Below, one piece after another: positions 9,539-18,858 of a DNA stretch of 64,000 nt. The notes beneath the pieces are model-generated. The model had not been told where the DNA came from and made no database searches. It worked only from the letters and a program-made list of their open reading frames with translations. A program made the translations under genes and the position numbers. The DNA comes from Oscillospiraceae bacterium. Lineage in GTDB: Bacteria > Bacillota > Clostridia > Oscillospirales > CAG-272. The stretch is from NCBI GenBank assembly GCA_015063895.1, contig SVTG01000009.1:4739-68738 (forward strand), read 5' to 3'. The stretch's first letter is position 1. Every line of letters starts with the position of its first letter.

Positions 9539-9997
9539 ATGTCCAAACGCGAGCTTGCCATACAATACTTCAAATCCGGCTGTAACTGTGCACAGGCCGT
9601 ATTTTTAGCCTTTACCGACTATACGGGCTTTGACGAAAAAACCGCGCTGCGGTTAGCTGCCCCCTTTGGCGGCGGTCTTGGTCGCCAGCGTGAGATCTGC
9701 GGTGCCGTTTCAGGCATGTGCCTGGTGGCAGGTGCGCTTTATGGCTATGACGACACCGAGGATAAAAGTGCCAAGGCTGCGCACTACGGCACGGTGCAGG
9801 CTCTTTGCGCGCTCTTTCGTGAGCGAGCGGGCGGCAGCATCATCTGTCGCGATCTGCTTGGCAGCGAGGGCAAGGACACCGCCAGCACGCCCAGTGACCG
9901 TACTGCCGCCTACTATCAGAAGCGCCCCTGCATGGAGCTGGTCGGCATCGCCGCCGAGATCCTTGAGAACTATATTAACGAACACCCCGTTAAATAA
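9539..9997 (+). CDS. C_GCAxxG_C_C family redox protein
   Basis: GCNCAQAV..FGGG..ICGAVSG..ICRDLL..C motif. Confidence 0.85.
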   Translation: MSKRELAIQYFKSGCNCAQAVFLAFTDYTGFDEKTALRLAAPFGGGLGRQREICGAVSGMCLVAGALYGYDDTEDKSAKAAHYGTVQALCALFRERAGGSIICRDLLGSEGKDTASTPSDRTAAYYQKRPCMELVGIAAEILENYINEHPVK

Positions 9998-10000
9998 GTG

Positions 10001-10031
10001 AAAAAAACAGGCACCGTAGTGCCTGTTTTTT
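10001..10031. terminator. Bidirectional terminator
   Basis: AAAAAACAGGCAC-CGTA-GTGCCTGTTTTTT. Confidence 0.75.
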
Positions 10032-10035
10032 GCTT

Positions 10036-10632
10036 TCACTTATCAAACGAGGGGTTAAATGCGTAAAAGTTTTTGCTGTCAAGATGATCCTGTGCAATGC
10101 GCAGCGCGTCGCCAAAGCGCTGATAATGCACAAGCTCACGCTGACGCAAATACTTGATCGGCTCACGCACATCGGGATCGTCTACCATACGCAAAATATT
10201 GTCGTACGTGACGCGCGCCTTCTGCTCTGCCGCCAGATCCTCATTCAGATCGGCGATCACATCACCCTTAACGCCCACGTATTTCATATCGAAGGGCACC
10301 CCCGAGGCGGCCTGCGGATACAGACCTGCGGTATGGTCAACGAAATACGTGTCCATACCCGCCTTTTTGATCTCCTCGGGAGAAAGACCCTTGGTGAGCT
10401 GATAAAGAATGGCGGCGATCATTTCAAGATGCGCCAGCTCCTCAGTCCCAACGTCGGTAAGAATCCCCTTTACCTTGTCATAAGGCATGCTGTACCGCTG
10501 GTGCAAATAGCGCTGTGACGCAGCAAGCTCACCGTCAGGTCCGCCCAGCTGGCTGATGATGATCTTGGCGTAGTTGGCATTGGGGTTTTTGATCTTTACG
10601 GGAAATTGCAGCTTTTTATCATAGATCCACAT
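10036..10632 (-). CDS. cotJC: Spore coat manganese catalase CotJC
   Basis: MWIYDKKLQFPVKI..QLGGPDGELAA..DVGTEELAHLE..AAEQKAR..RELVHYQRFG. Confidence 0.92.
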   Translation of the reverse strand: MWIYDKKLQFPVKIKNPNANYAKIIISQLGGPDGELAASQRYLHQRYSMPYDKVKGILTDVGTEELAHLEMIAAILYQLTKGLSPEEIKKAGMDTYFVDHTAGLYPQAASGVPFDMKYVGVKGDVIADLNEDLAAEQKARVTYDNILRMVDDPDVREPIKYLRQRELVHYQRFGDALRIAQDHLDSKNFYAFNPSFDK

Positions 10633-10633
10633 A

Positions 10634-10903
10634 TCAGTTTGCCTCCCTCTCCCAGGGCCAGGGGCCCTTTACCCATTGCCATTCGTCCTGGCTGTTATGA
10701 TCATAAATTGTCAAAGGACCGTATTTTTCGGCATAGGCCTCCTTTAAGGCCATCAGCGCCGCACGGTGCTCACGGTAAAAGGCGAGCGCCTTTTTGTTGG
10801 TGGGATACGCATCAAGATAGAGCGCCACCTCGTAAAGGGCAAAATCCTCGGCCTGAATACGCCGCAAAAGCTCAGTGCGACTCTCGGCTACGGGCATATT
10901 CAT
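10634..10903 (-). CDS. cotJB: Spore coat protein CotJB
   Basis: LYLDAYP..YGPLT..WQWVKGPWPWE. Confidence 0.9.
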   Translation of the reverse strand: MNMPVAESRTELLRRIQAEDFALYEVALYLDAYPTNKKALAFYREHRAALMALKEAYAEKYGPLTIYDHNSQDEWQWVKGPWPWEREAN

Positions 10904-11157
10904 TTGAGCCTCCTTGCGCCGTAAAACGGCTTTTCGAGCTCGCGGAAGATGGTGCCCGCAGCAAGCGCCGCAGCCCCCTCGTAAAGCCCCTCAAATTCCT
11001 GACAGGGCGAATAGACCATTGCAAGGCTCCTACCCGACATACAGTCATTTTGACTGTGTGCAGGACGCCCGATCTCCTCGCCGCGACAGTTTACGCGAGG
11101 CGCCTCGCTCTCCTCCAAAAAACGGAAAAGCGGGTCGCCGTTATAATTACTGATCAA
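10900..11157 (-). CDS. cotJA: Spore coat associated protein CotJA
   Basis: LAMVYSPCQ..LY..ALAAGTIFRELEKPF; TTG start after AAGGAG; upstream of cotJB. Confidence 0.8.
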   Translation of the reverse strand: MISNYNGDPLFRFLEESEAPRVNCRGEEIGRPAHSQNDCMSGRSLAMVYSPCQEFEGLYEGAAALAAGTIFRELEKPFYGARRLK

Positions 11158-11308
11158 CGTGTTCTCCTTATACCAAAGGCGCTCAAACGCACCTTGGAAT
11201 TCGGGCGGTCGCCTTCGGCACCGCCCATTTTCAGTATATGTACAATAAGGGAGTTTGTCGAAAAATAGAAAAACCAGCCCTGTGCCATCGGCACAGGGCT
11301 GGTTTGAT

Positions 11309-11959
11309 TTAATCAAGATGCAGCTCGGTCGCGTTTAAAAATTCATGTGCATCAAGCAAGGAGTCGGCAGGCAGCGTCTTTGTGGCACCGCAACGGCGGC
11401 AGGTTACCACAACACCGTGGGGTGTGACCTCTACCTCATAATCCCCCTCCACGCCCTCACTTTTTTCGCAACGGCAATAGATCTTACCCTCCTCGTCAAG
11501 GTCGCGGATCACAAACATGAGAATGTCAAGCACCTGAGGATCGCTCACAGCGGCTTCCGCCTCCTCATGCAGGGATTTGAAATCACTGATGCCGTTTTGC
11601 TCCATCAGATCAAGCAGCTGCAGCTCGGTGCGTGCCAGCTCAGCCTTGACGTGATTCAGCTCACCCATGGCGGCAATATTGATATCGGAATAAGCGCAGG
11701 GCAGCAAAAACAGCTCCTCACCAAACAGCATTTTTTCACTGATGGTATAATGGTGAGGCTTAGGACAAATAATGCAAGGCACCTTTAAGCGCACCTTGCC
11801 CGCCCCCGCAGGCTCGATCTCCATTACACTCTGGCCGCAGGTGCACTTCAAGCGCACCATGTTACCGCGCAGGGCAAACGGGCTGACCGCACTCATCACG
11901 CCCGCACCGCAATGCGGACAGCGATACGCAACGGTCGTTTGCTTTGTATTGAGTACCAT
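11309..11959 (-). CDS. Conserved hypothetical Cys-rich (zinc-binding) protein
   Basis: AYRCPHCG, CTCG, CIIC, CRC, CRRCG; AAGGAG RBS. Confidence 0.6.
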   Translation of the reverse strand: MVLNTKQTTVAYRCPHCGAGVMSAVSPFALRGNMVRLKCTCGQSVMEIEPAGAGKVRLKVPCIICPKPHHYTISEKMLFGEELFLLPCAYSDINIAAMGELNHVKAELARTELQLLDLMEQNGISDFKSLHEEAEAAVSDPQVLDILMFVIRDLDEEGKIYCRCEKSEGVEGDYEVEVTPHGVVVTCRRCGATKTLPADSLLDAHEFLNATELHLD

Positions 11960-12074
11960 ATAGCTCCTTTCAAGGCAACGTTCCATGCAAGACTTTCTTA
12001 ATAGTATGGCGATTTTCTCAGGGTATATGCAATGAGGCAGGGACTGCCACTATACAGCGACAGCCCCTGTAAAA

Positions 12075-13850
12075 TCAGTTGATCTTATCCCAGTTTTTAG
12101 CAGTTACGTCGATCTTCGTGGCCTCAGAGCAAGCCTTGAACCAAGCCTCATAATCAGCGCTGGTCAGCTTCTCACGTGCAGCAGCCTTCCAGTTGATCTC
12201 CTCGCCCGCGCCGTCATAGAACATAATATGATAACCGTAAGAGGTCTTGACTGCGGTGCCGGAAATTTCATTTTCCATACGGTCGGAGCTGTAAAGCCAA
12301 GCATCAAAGGTATCCACCATCTGACCTCTGGTCACGTCCTCATAGAAGACGTTGCTATCCTCGGTGTAAGCTTCGCCGTAGGTCTTAAAGGCTTCCTTAT
12401 CAATACGGTAATAGCTCTTACCCGTAGCGCTGTCGGTAATAGTCGAGATCTTGCCCTCAGCCTTCATCAGGTCGATCAGAGCCTGTGCCATCGTCTCAGC
12501 GGAAACGGTCTTGCCCTGGTCAAGCAGGGACTGTGCCAGCTCCTTGGTCTTACCGGAAAGCTTGGAGGTGTCCTTAAGATCCTTAAAGGTCTCGGTCTTA
12601 AAGAGAATGTGACCTACGTTTTGCAGCTTAGCCTCATCACGGTGTACGGGCTGAAGCACGAAGCAAACGGTGTAGGTAGCCTCGGAATCCTTATAATCAT
12701 AGCCATCGTCGCCATTGTCCTCGCGCGCAGGGTCACCGGTCGTGGTGATCACCTTCGTATCGTTTGCCTTTACAGGCGTTTCGGTGCTGAACAGCCACTT
12801 TTCAAGTGCGCTCTCGGAATCCTCGGTCTTCTTGTAGTTGATATGGTGCGCATCAGACTGAATATTAAAGGCCTCAGTAGCATCCTTGCCGTCATCCTTC
12901 AGATATTCCATCAAAAGGTTAGAAAATGCCTCAGCGGTGGTGCAAGCAGCCAATGCGTCTGCACGTTCTTTCAGCTTGATCTTCTCGGCCTCAAATGCGT
13001 TATAAGCCTCTTCATTCTTGCTCGCAGCGTTCTCCTCGCTCGAAGAAACAGACTTGAATTTTGCCGTAAAGGTGTAGGAAATGTAGTCTACGTAAACGGC
13101 CAGATCACTCTTGTGCTCCTCAAAATACTTATCAAGACGCACGTCGGTGGCACCTGCCTCAAACTCGCCCATTTTGATCTCAGTCATCTTGGTAGCAAGC
13201 TCGGTCATCTCCATGATGGCACGCAGGTCCTTCTCGCCAACGCCTCTGCCATACATAGCGGCAATATAGCCCGAGGTCGTATAGCCGCTGTATGCAGCGT
13301 AAAACTCAAGCATTTGAATGGCGTTGTCAATATCCGCATAATCCGCTTCGTCAAGCGATACGCCGTAACGGTATGCCTGCTCACACAGCACCAAAAGCTG
13401 CTCAGCGCTGGTAGCAGCGTTCTCAGCAAACATATCAAACCAGGTCTTGGTGGTGGTTACGCCCGTGGCCTCATCGGTCTTGGAGCTGTAGATCTGATCG
13501 CGCAAAGGCAAGGAGGTGTTAAGACCGTCGCCGCCCTCACCCTTAATGTACTGCATATAGCCCGTATCCTGATAGGTATTGACCCATTCCTGATACTCGG
13601 TATATACGAGGTAAGACATCATCGGCACCGTGATCTCAAAGTGCTCAGTCTCTGCTACGACCTTGTTGCGCAAGAATACGCCGCGAGAGTTGAGTGCAAA
13701 GAAGGTGCAAGCAAGCAGTGCTACGACAAGCACGCCAACCACAATAAGCGTACCTACCCAAGTAGGCATACCCTTTGCCGCAGCCCTTTTCTTCGTACCA
13801 CTAAGTAAGCTTGTGGCCTGTTGTTGTTTTGTTCTGTTTCCTTTTCCCAT
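12075..13850 (-). CDS. Membrane-anchored parvulin-type foldase (PrsA/SurA-like)
   Basis: N-terminal TM; VGHILF, GQMVDTFDAW, VKTSYGYHIM parvulin motifs. Confidence 0.7.
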   Translation of the reverse strand: MGKGNRTKQQQATSLLSGTKKRAAAKGMPTWVGTLIVVGVLVVALLACTFFALNSRGVFLRNKVVAETEHFEITVPMMSYLVYTEYQEWVNTYQDTGYMQYIKGEGGDGLNTSLPLRDQIYSSKTDEATGVTTTKTWFDMFAENAATSAEQLLVLCEQAYRYGVSLDEADYADIDNAIQMLEFYAAYSGYTTSGYIAAMYGRGVGEKDLRAIMEMTELATKMTEIKMGEFEAGATDVRLDKYFEEHKSDLAVYVDYISYTFTAKFKSVSSSEENAASKNEEAYNAFEAEKIKLKERADALAACTTAEAFSNLLMEYLKDDGKDATEAFNIQSDAHHINYKKTEDSESALEKWLFSTETPVKANDTKVITTTGDPAREDNGDDGYDYKDSEATYTVCFVLQPVHRDEAKLQNVGHILFKTETFKDLKDTSKLSGKTKELAQSLLDQGKTVSAETMAQALIDLMKAEGKISTITDSATGKSYYRIDKEAFKTYGEAYTEDSNVFYEDVTRGQMVDTFDAWLYSSDRMENEISGTAVKTSYGYHIMFYDGAGEEINWKAAAREKLTSADYEAWFKACSEATKIDVTAKNWDKIN

Positions 13851-13947
13851 GTTAAGGAACCGCCTTTCGAGTTTTTGTATCGTCTTTGACTTTATTATAA
13901 TCAACCAAGGTGTTTTAGATTTGAACACCCTGTGAATGATACCAAAA

Positions 13948-15630
13948 TTAGATATTCATAACGACGGGCAATATCATCGGTTTTCTGCCCGTTCTTGCGT
14001 ATAAGAACTTAGAAAGCTCATCACGCACCGTGTTTTTCAGATACACGTGATCGTGCGCCTGACGGCCGCCAAGACATTTTTCAATGGTGCGATTAACAAG
14101 CTTACGTGCCTCCTCCATCAAGGGCTCGTTCTCGCGCACGTAAACGAAGCCGCGCGACACGATATCGGGTCCCGACAGCAGCAACGAGCTATCCTCGTCA
14201 ACCGTAGCAACCACTACGATAAGGCCGTCCTGCGACAGGTGCTTGCGGTCACGCAGCACGATATTACCAACGTCACCGACACCGTATCCGTCAACCAAGA
14301 CCTGCCCTGCGGGCACAGCACCTGCAAAGCGTGCACCCTTACTGTCGATCTCGAGCACACGGCCGATCTCCGAGAGGAAGATATCGCGGTCGGCAATACC
14401 CATTTCAAGAGCAAGCTCGCGATTGACGCCCATATGACGGCATTCACCGTGGATCGGCATAAAATAGCGGGGCTTTGTCAGCGCCATCATCAGCTTCAGC
14501 TCCTCCGCGCACGCATGCCCCGAAGCGTGTACCTCAAGTGATGCATCGTGCAAAACCTCAACGCCGTTGCGTGAGAGCTCGTTGATCACACGACCAACCA
14601 GCTTTTCGTTGCCGGGGATCGCATGCGAGGATAATATCACCAGATCATTGCGACCGAGCGTGACCTGCTGATGATCGGAATACGCCATACGGTAAAGCGC
14701 CGACATCGGCTCACCCTGGCTGCCCGTTGTCACGAGCGTCAGCTGATCGGGACGGTAGCGCTTGATATCGCCGATATCGATCAGCGCGCCCTCGGGCACC
14801 TTCATATAACCAAGCTCTACTGCCGCGCCCACGATATTCAGCATACTGCGCCCCGTGATCGCCACCTTTCTGCCGTGGCGTGCGCTGATATCGATGATCT
14901 GCTGCACACGGTGCACGTTAGAGGAGAACGTAGAAATCACGATGCGCTTATCGGGATTTTTGGTAAAGATATATTCAAGCGAGGCGCCCACCTTTTTTTC
15001 GGACGGCGCAAAGCCCGGACGCTCGGCATTGGTGGATTCGCACATCAGCATCAGAACGCCCTTTTTGCCAAGCTCACCAAGTCTTGCAATATTCATCATC
15101 TCGCCCTCGATCGGCGTAATATCAAGCTTGAAATCGCCCGTATGGATCAGTGTGCCGAGCGGTGTATGAATCGCAAGGCAGCACGCATCGGCGATCGAGT
15201 GATTGACTCTGATGAACTCCACGTTAAGGGCACCCGCACGCACAGTGGTCCCCGCACTTACGGTGTGCAGATCGGGCTCCCATGGCAGCGAATGCTCCTG
15301 CAATTTATTTTTCAGAATACCAAGTGTTAATTTAGTGCCGTATATCGGCGGATTGATGGTGCGCAATGCATACGGCAAGGCACCGATATGATCCTCATGC
15401 CCGTGCGTGAGGAAAATACCGCGCAAGCGGTCTTGATTTTGTTCAAGATATGTGATATCGGGGATCACCAGATCAACGCCCAGCATATCCTCGTCGGGAA
15501 ATGCCACGCCGCAATCCACGGCGATCATATCGTTTTCATATTCAATAACGGTAATATTTTTACCGATCTCGTGTAAGCCGCCAAGCGGTATAATACGTAT
15601 TTTTCCTTTGTCTTTTTTTACCTTCGGCAT
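13948..15630 (-). CDS. rnj: Ribonuclease J
   Basis: IPLGGLHEIGKN, THGHEDHIG, HSIAD, HTGDFK, GSQGEPM, HASGHA. Confidence 0.95.
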   Translation of the reverse strand: MPKVKKDKGKIRIIPLGGLHEIGKNITVIEYENDMIAVDCGVAFPDEDMLGVDLVIPDITYLEQNQDRLRGIFLTHGHEDHIGALPYALRTINPPIYGTKLTLGILKNKLQEHSLPWEPDLHTVSAGTTVRAGALNVEFIRVNHSIADACCLAIHTPLGTLIHTGDFKLDITPIEGEMMNIARLGELGKKGVLMLMCESTNAERPGFAPSEKKVGASLEYIFTKNPDKRIVISTFSSNVHRVQQIIDISARHGRKVAITGRSMLNIVGAAVELGYMKVPEGALIDIGDIKRYRPDQLTLVTTGSQGEPMSALYRMAYSDHQQVTLGRNDLVILSSHAIPGNEKLVGRVINELSRNGVEVLHDASLEVHASGHACAEELKLMMALTKPRYFMPIHGECRHMGVNRELALEMGIADRDIFLSEIGRVLEIDSKGARFAGAVPAGQVLVDGYGVGDVGNIVLRDRKHLSQDGLIVVVATVDEDSSLLLSGPDIVSRGFVYVRENEPLMEEARKLVNRTIEKCLGGRQAHDHVYLKNTVRDELSKFLYARTGRKPMILPVVMNI

Positions 15631-15797
15631 AATTCCTCCTTACAAAAATTTCACCAAAAACAGAAAAGCACTCACCGCAAGCGGAGCGATCGCGCGGCTT
15701 ACTTTTCCCAAAATTTTATCGCACGCGTGCGCATGGCGCACGTATCCATTTTTAATATATTATTTATTATACACAAATTATATGCACTTGTCAAGGG

Positions 15798-16061
15798 TCA
15801 AGCACGATACAAAAAAGAAAACAGTGCAAAAATTGCCGCACCAAGCAAAGCCCCCAACAAAAAAGCCCCCAACGCCCACCAAAAGCGCCGCCTTTTTTTT
15901 CGCACCGTAACGCCCTCACCGATAATGCGATTGGCCTCTGCCAGCATATCGTCCTGCCGCATACTGCCATTATCCCGCCTGAGTACAAAAAAGGCACTTT
16001 CAAAAATAGTGCTTTGCTGTGTTTGCAGCACGATCATCTGCTTTTGACAACCACGTAACAT
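15798..16061 (-). CDS. Small hypothetical membrane protein
   Basis: GGAGG RBS; FESAFFVLR..DMLAEANRII plus a C-terminal TM. Confidence 0.55.
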   Translation of the reverse strand: MLRGCQKQMIVLQTQQSTIFESAFFVLRRDNGSMRQDDMLAEANRIIGEGVTVRKKRRRFWWALGAFLLGALLGAAIFALFSFLYRA

Positions 16062-16313
16062 AAAGCACCTCCTTCCCCGTATTTTATCGAAAGTATTGAC
16101 CCATACCCCATAATTTAATCAGATCAGTTTTCCTCAACTGCGTTGTTTTTTGCCCCGTATGCCTATATTTTACAAAAAAATCAGGCTTTTGACAAATGTC
16201 GACAATATTTGTTAAAAAACCATAAATTTCCATTTTTCGCCCTTGACCTTTTCTTTTTGACAGGATATAATAAAGCCGTATATCCAATTCACTCACACTG
16301 CAAGGAGGCTTTT

Positions 16314-16556
16314 ATGAAATCCACCGGCATTACGCGCGCAGTCGATAATCTTGGCAGAATCGTATTACCCATGGAGCTAAGACGCGCCTTTCATATCAAC
16401 ACCGACGATAAGCTTGAAATTTTTACACAGGGCGACTCGATCGTTTTAAAAAAATGTCTGCCTGCCTGTGCCTTTTGCGATACGCGTGACGGTCTGAACA
16501 GCTTTGAAGGCAACTATATTTGCGACGCTTGCCTCACTAAGATCAAACACTTATGA
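16314..16556 (+). CDS. abrB: AbrB/MazE/SpoVT family transition-state regulator
   Basis: MKSTGITRAVDNLGRIVLPMELRR..C-terminal CxFC..ICxxC. Confidence 0.85.
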   Translation: MKSTGITRAVDNLGRIVLPMELRRAFHINTDDKLEIFTQGDSIVLKKCLPACAFCDTRDGLNSFEGNYICDACLTKIKHL

Positions 16557-17152
16557 TGCTATACCTACGCCATCAGATCTTTCACGGCCCTCATGTCAGC
16601 CGTGTTGAGGCACGCGCACACGGCAGTGCTGTGGCACACGCGTTGCTCCATGCACTGCTCTTGGAGCTAAAGCTCCCCTTAGCATTGAAAGCAGACCCTC
16701 AGGGGAGACCGGCACTTGCGCACTGCGACACCGTTGATTTTAATTTGTCACACACCGAGGGGCTTGCCGTTTGTGCCCTGCTGCAAAGCGAAAACTCGCC
16801 CCGTGTGGGCGTTGATGCCGAGCTGCTGACCAACTTTGACGCCGAGAGGATAGCCGCGTTTGCCGCGCGTTTTTTTGCCCCGTGTGAACAAAAGTGCCTG
16901 GCAAAGGCCAACGATCCTGCCACCTGCTTCACCCGCATTTTTACAAGAAAAGAGGCCTATGCCAAATATTGTGGCGACGGTCTTGGTCTCCATTTGAGCG
17001 CCACCGATACCCTTGCCCCTGATTTTGAAAGCAGTCACGGCGTGCGCTTTTACGCCTATCGGCACAATGATATTTTTATATCGCTTTGTACACCCGAAAA
17101 CATTGAGGATAAGCCGCAAACCACGCTTTGCGAGGATCCCGTCACGTGGTAG
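16553..17152 (+). CDS. 4'-phosphopantetheinyl transferase (Sfp-type)
   Basis: GRP, FNLSHT, VGVDAE, FTRKEAYAKYCGDGL. Confidence 0.8.
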   Translation: MMLYLRHQIFHGPHVSRVEARAHGSAVAHALLHALLLELKLPLALKADPQGRPALAHCDTVDFNLSHTEGLAVCALLQSENSPRVGVDAELLTNFDAERIAAFAARFFAPCEQKCLAKANDPATCFTRIFTRKEAYAKYCGDGLGLHLSATDTLAPDFESSHGVRFYAYRHNDIFISLCTPENIEDKPQTTLCEDPVTW

Positions 17153-17438
17153 TACAAAAAGGAGAGCGAGCCTACAGGGTGATGTTCTTAGCGGAGAAAT
17201 GAAAGATCTCACTAAGCGCGAGCATCGCATTTGACCGGTCAAATAAAAAATGGGCTAAGCCCAAGCCCTTATACACACAAAGAGAGAACAAATCGGCTGA
17301 AATGTCGAAAAGTTCTCTCTTTTTCTGTTGGTGTTCCGTTTAAAGTCATAAGGCTCTGAATTGCTCTGCAATTAGGCAAGCGTTATGATAGGATTGCCCT
17401 TATAATCTAAAGCTTGGCGAAGCCGATCATCATAATGC

Positions 17439-17720
17439 GTAGCCGCACGGGAATCGAACACATAAGGTCCGACAGGATATATTTTCCGCAATACTTCATT
17501 GAGTTTTTCTTAAATATCTGTATATTTCTCAAAAAACTCAACTTGTCTTGCAAAAAATCTATTCCTGTGGGACTGCCAAGGCACCCTGCGGCAAATAAAT
17601 TTTTGATGGATTTTGCCGTGGCAAGGTGCGGACAAGTGCGGACTTTTCAAGCCTTGACGCGTCAAAAGACGCGAAAATTTATTGCCGCAGGGCTTGTGGG
17701 TTCGACTCCCGTGCGGCTAC
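17439..17720 (+). mobile_element. MITE/REPIN-like non-autonomous element, copy 1
   Basis: 21-bp terminal inverted repeats GTAGCCGCACGGGAATCGAAC / GTTCGACTCCCGTGCGGCTAC; about 98% identical to the inverted copy at 22291-22573. Confidence 0.75.
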
Positions 17721-17749
17721 CATAACTTGCCCACAGGGCCATCATAGTT

Positions 17750-17785
17750 GTAGCGTGAATACTCCGCTTGGAGTATTCACGCTAC
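17750..17785. repeat. Perfect GTAG...CTAC hairpin (REP-like or terminator)
   Basis: GTAGCGTGAATACTCC-GCTT-GGAGTATTCACGCTAC, 16-bp stem. Confidence 0.6.
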
Positions 17786-17803
17786 TCGCTGTCCTTTTTT
17801 ATT

Positions 17804-18772
17804 TTATGCCCAACTCATCGTGGTGGGCTTTTCTTCTTCAATGATGATGTCCTTGAGGAAGGTCACCGCCTTGCGAAGGCCCTCGTCGATCGTCATCAGA
17901 CTATCCTCATGCTCAATGGAAAGCACACGGTCGTAACCGACCAGACGCAGGTTGCTGACAAGATCACGCCAGTAGGTTTCACCGTTACCGTAGCCAACGG
18001 TACGGAAAATCCAGGAGCGATGCAGCTCATCACCGTAGTGCTTGGTATCCAGCACACCGTTCACGGACGTGTTATAATGATCGATCTTGGTGTCCTTTGC
18101 GTGCACGTGATAAATAGCACCCGCCAAAGCACGAATAGCGGCCACGGGATCAATCCCCTGCCAGATCAGATGCGACGGGTCAAAGTTGGCACCGATCACG
18201 TCGCCCACAGCAGCACGCAGCTTAAGCAGCGTTTCGGGGTTGTATACACAAAAGCCGGGATGCATTTCAAAAGCGATATGATCAACACCGTGCGCCTTGG
18301 CAAAAGCACCGGCCTCGCGCCAATAAGGGATCAGCTTCTCATTCCATTGCCAGTCAAGGATCTTCAAAAAATCCTCCGGCCAAGGGCACGTCACCCAGTT
18401 CGGATATTTTGAGCCCTCGCTATCACCGGGGCAACCCGAGAAGGTAATGACCGTATCCACGCCGAGCTTTTCGGCAAGTAGAACGGCATTGCGGAAATCC
18501 TTATCAAAGGCGGCGGCAATGGCTGAATCGGGGTGCAGTGCATTGCCGTGCGCTGCCAGTGCGCAGATCTCAACGCCGTATTTTTTAAAGGTAGCGACAA
18601 ATGCATCAAATTTCTTCGCATCTGCCAGCAGCTCCTCAGGATTACAATGTGCCTTACCGGGATAGCCGCCGGCACCGATCTCAACAGTCTTAACGCCGAG
18701 AGAAGACAAAATAGAAAGTGTTTCGTCAAGCGATTTCGCGCCGTACAAATTAGCTAATACACTAAGCTTCAT
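17804..18772 (-). CDS. Sugar phosphate isomerase/epimerase (TIM-barrel, AP_endonuc_2)
   Basis: FEMHPG, NFDPSHLIWQG, HVHAKD, LSIEHED metal-binding motifs. Confidence 0.85.
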   Translation of the reverse strand: MKLSVLANLYGAKSLDETLSILSSLGVKTVEIGAGGYPGKAHCNPEELLADAKKFDAFVATFKKYGVEICALAAHGNALHPDSAIAAAFDKDFRNAVLLAEKLGVDTVITFSGCPGDSEGSKYPNWVTCPWPEDFLKILDWQWNEKLIPYWREAGAFAKAHGVDHIAFEMHPGFCVYNPETLLKLRAAVGDVIGANFDPSHLIWQGIDPVAAIRALAGAIYHVHAKDTKIDHYNTSVNGVLDTKHYGDELHRSWIFRTVGYGNGETYWRDLVSNLRLVGYDRVLSIEHEDSLMTIDEGLRKAVTFLKDIIIEEEKPTTMSWA

Positions 18773-18858
18773 TTTTATTTATCCTTTTCTGATTGATAAA
18801 AGGGGCTGTCACCACGGTGACAGCCCCTTTGTTACGGTTTCTACACCGTTAATTTAAA

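Noticed and set aside
12228-13808. Long + strand ORF (526 aa), and similar ones at 19267-20349, 30727-32463, 52429-53406 and 60861-61919
   Set aside because: These are antisense shadows of well-supported minus-strand genes with biased codon usage.
16553-17152. NRPS/PKS cluster marked by the Sfp-type PPTase
   Set aside because: No carrier-protein or synthase genes in the window.
17414-17844. ORFs within the 282-bp element (also 22092-22704)
   Set aside because: The two copies differ by a frameshifting indel; no RBS and no transposase motifs.
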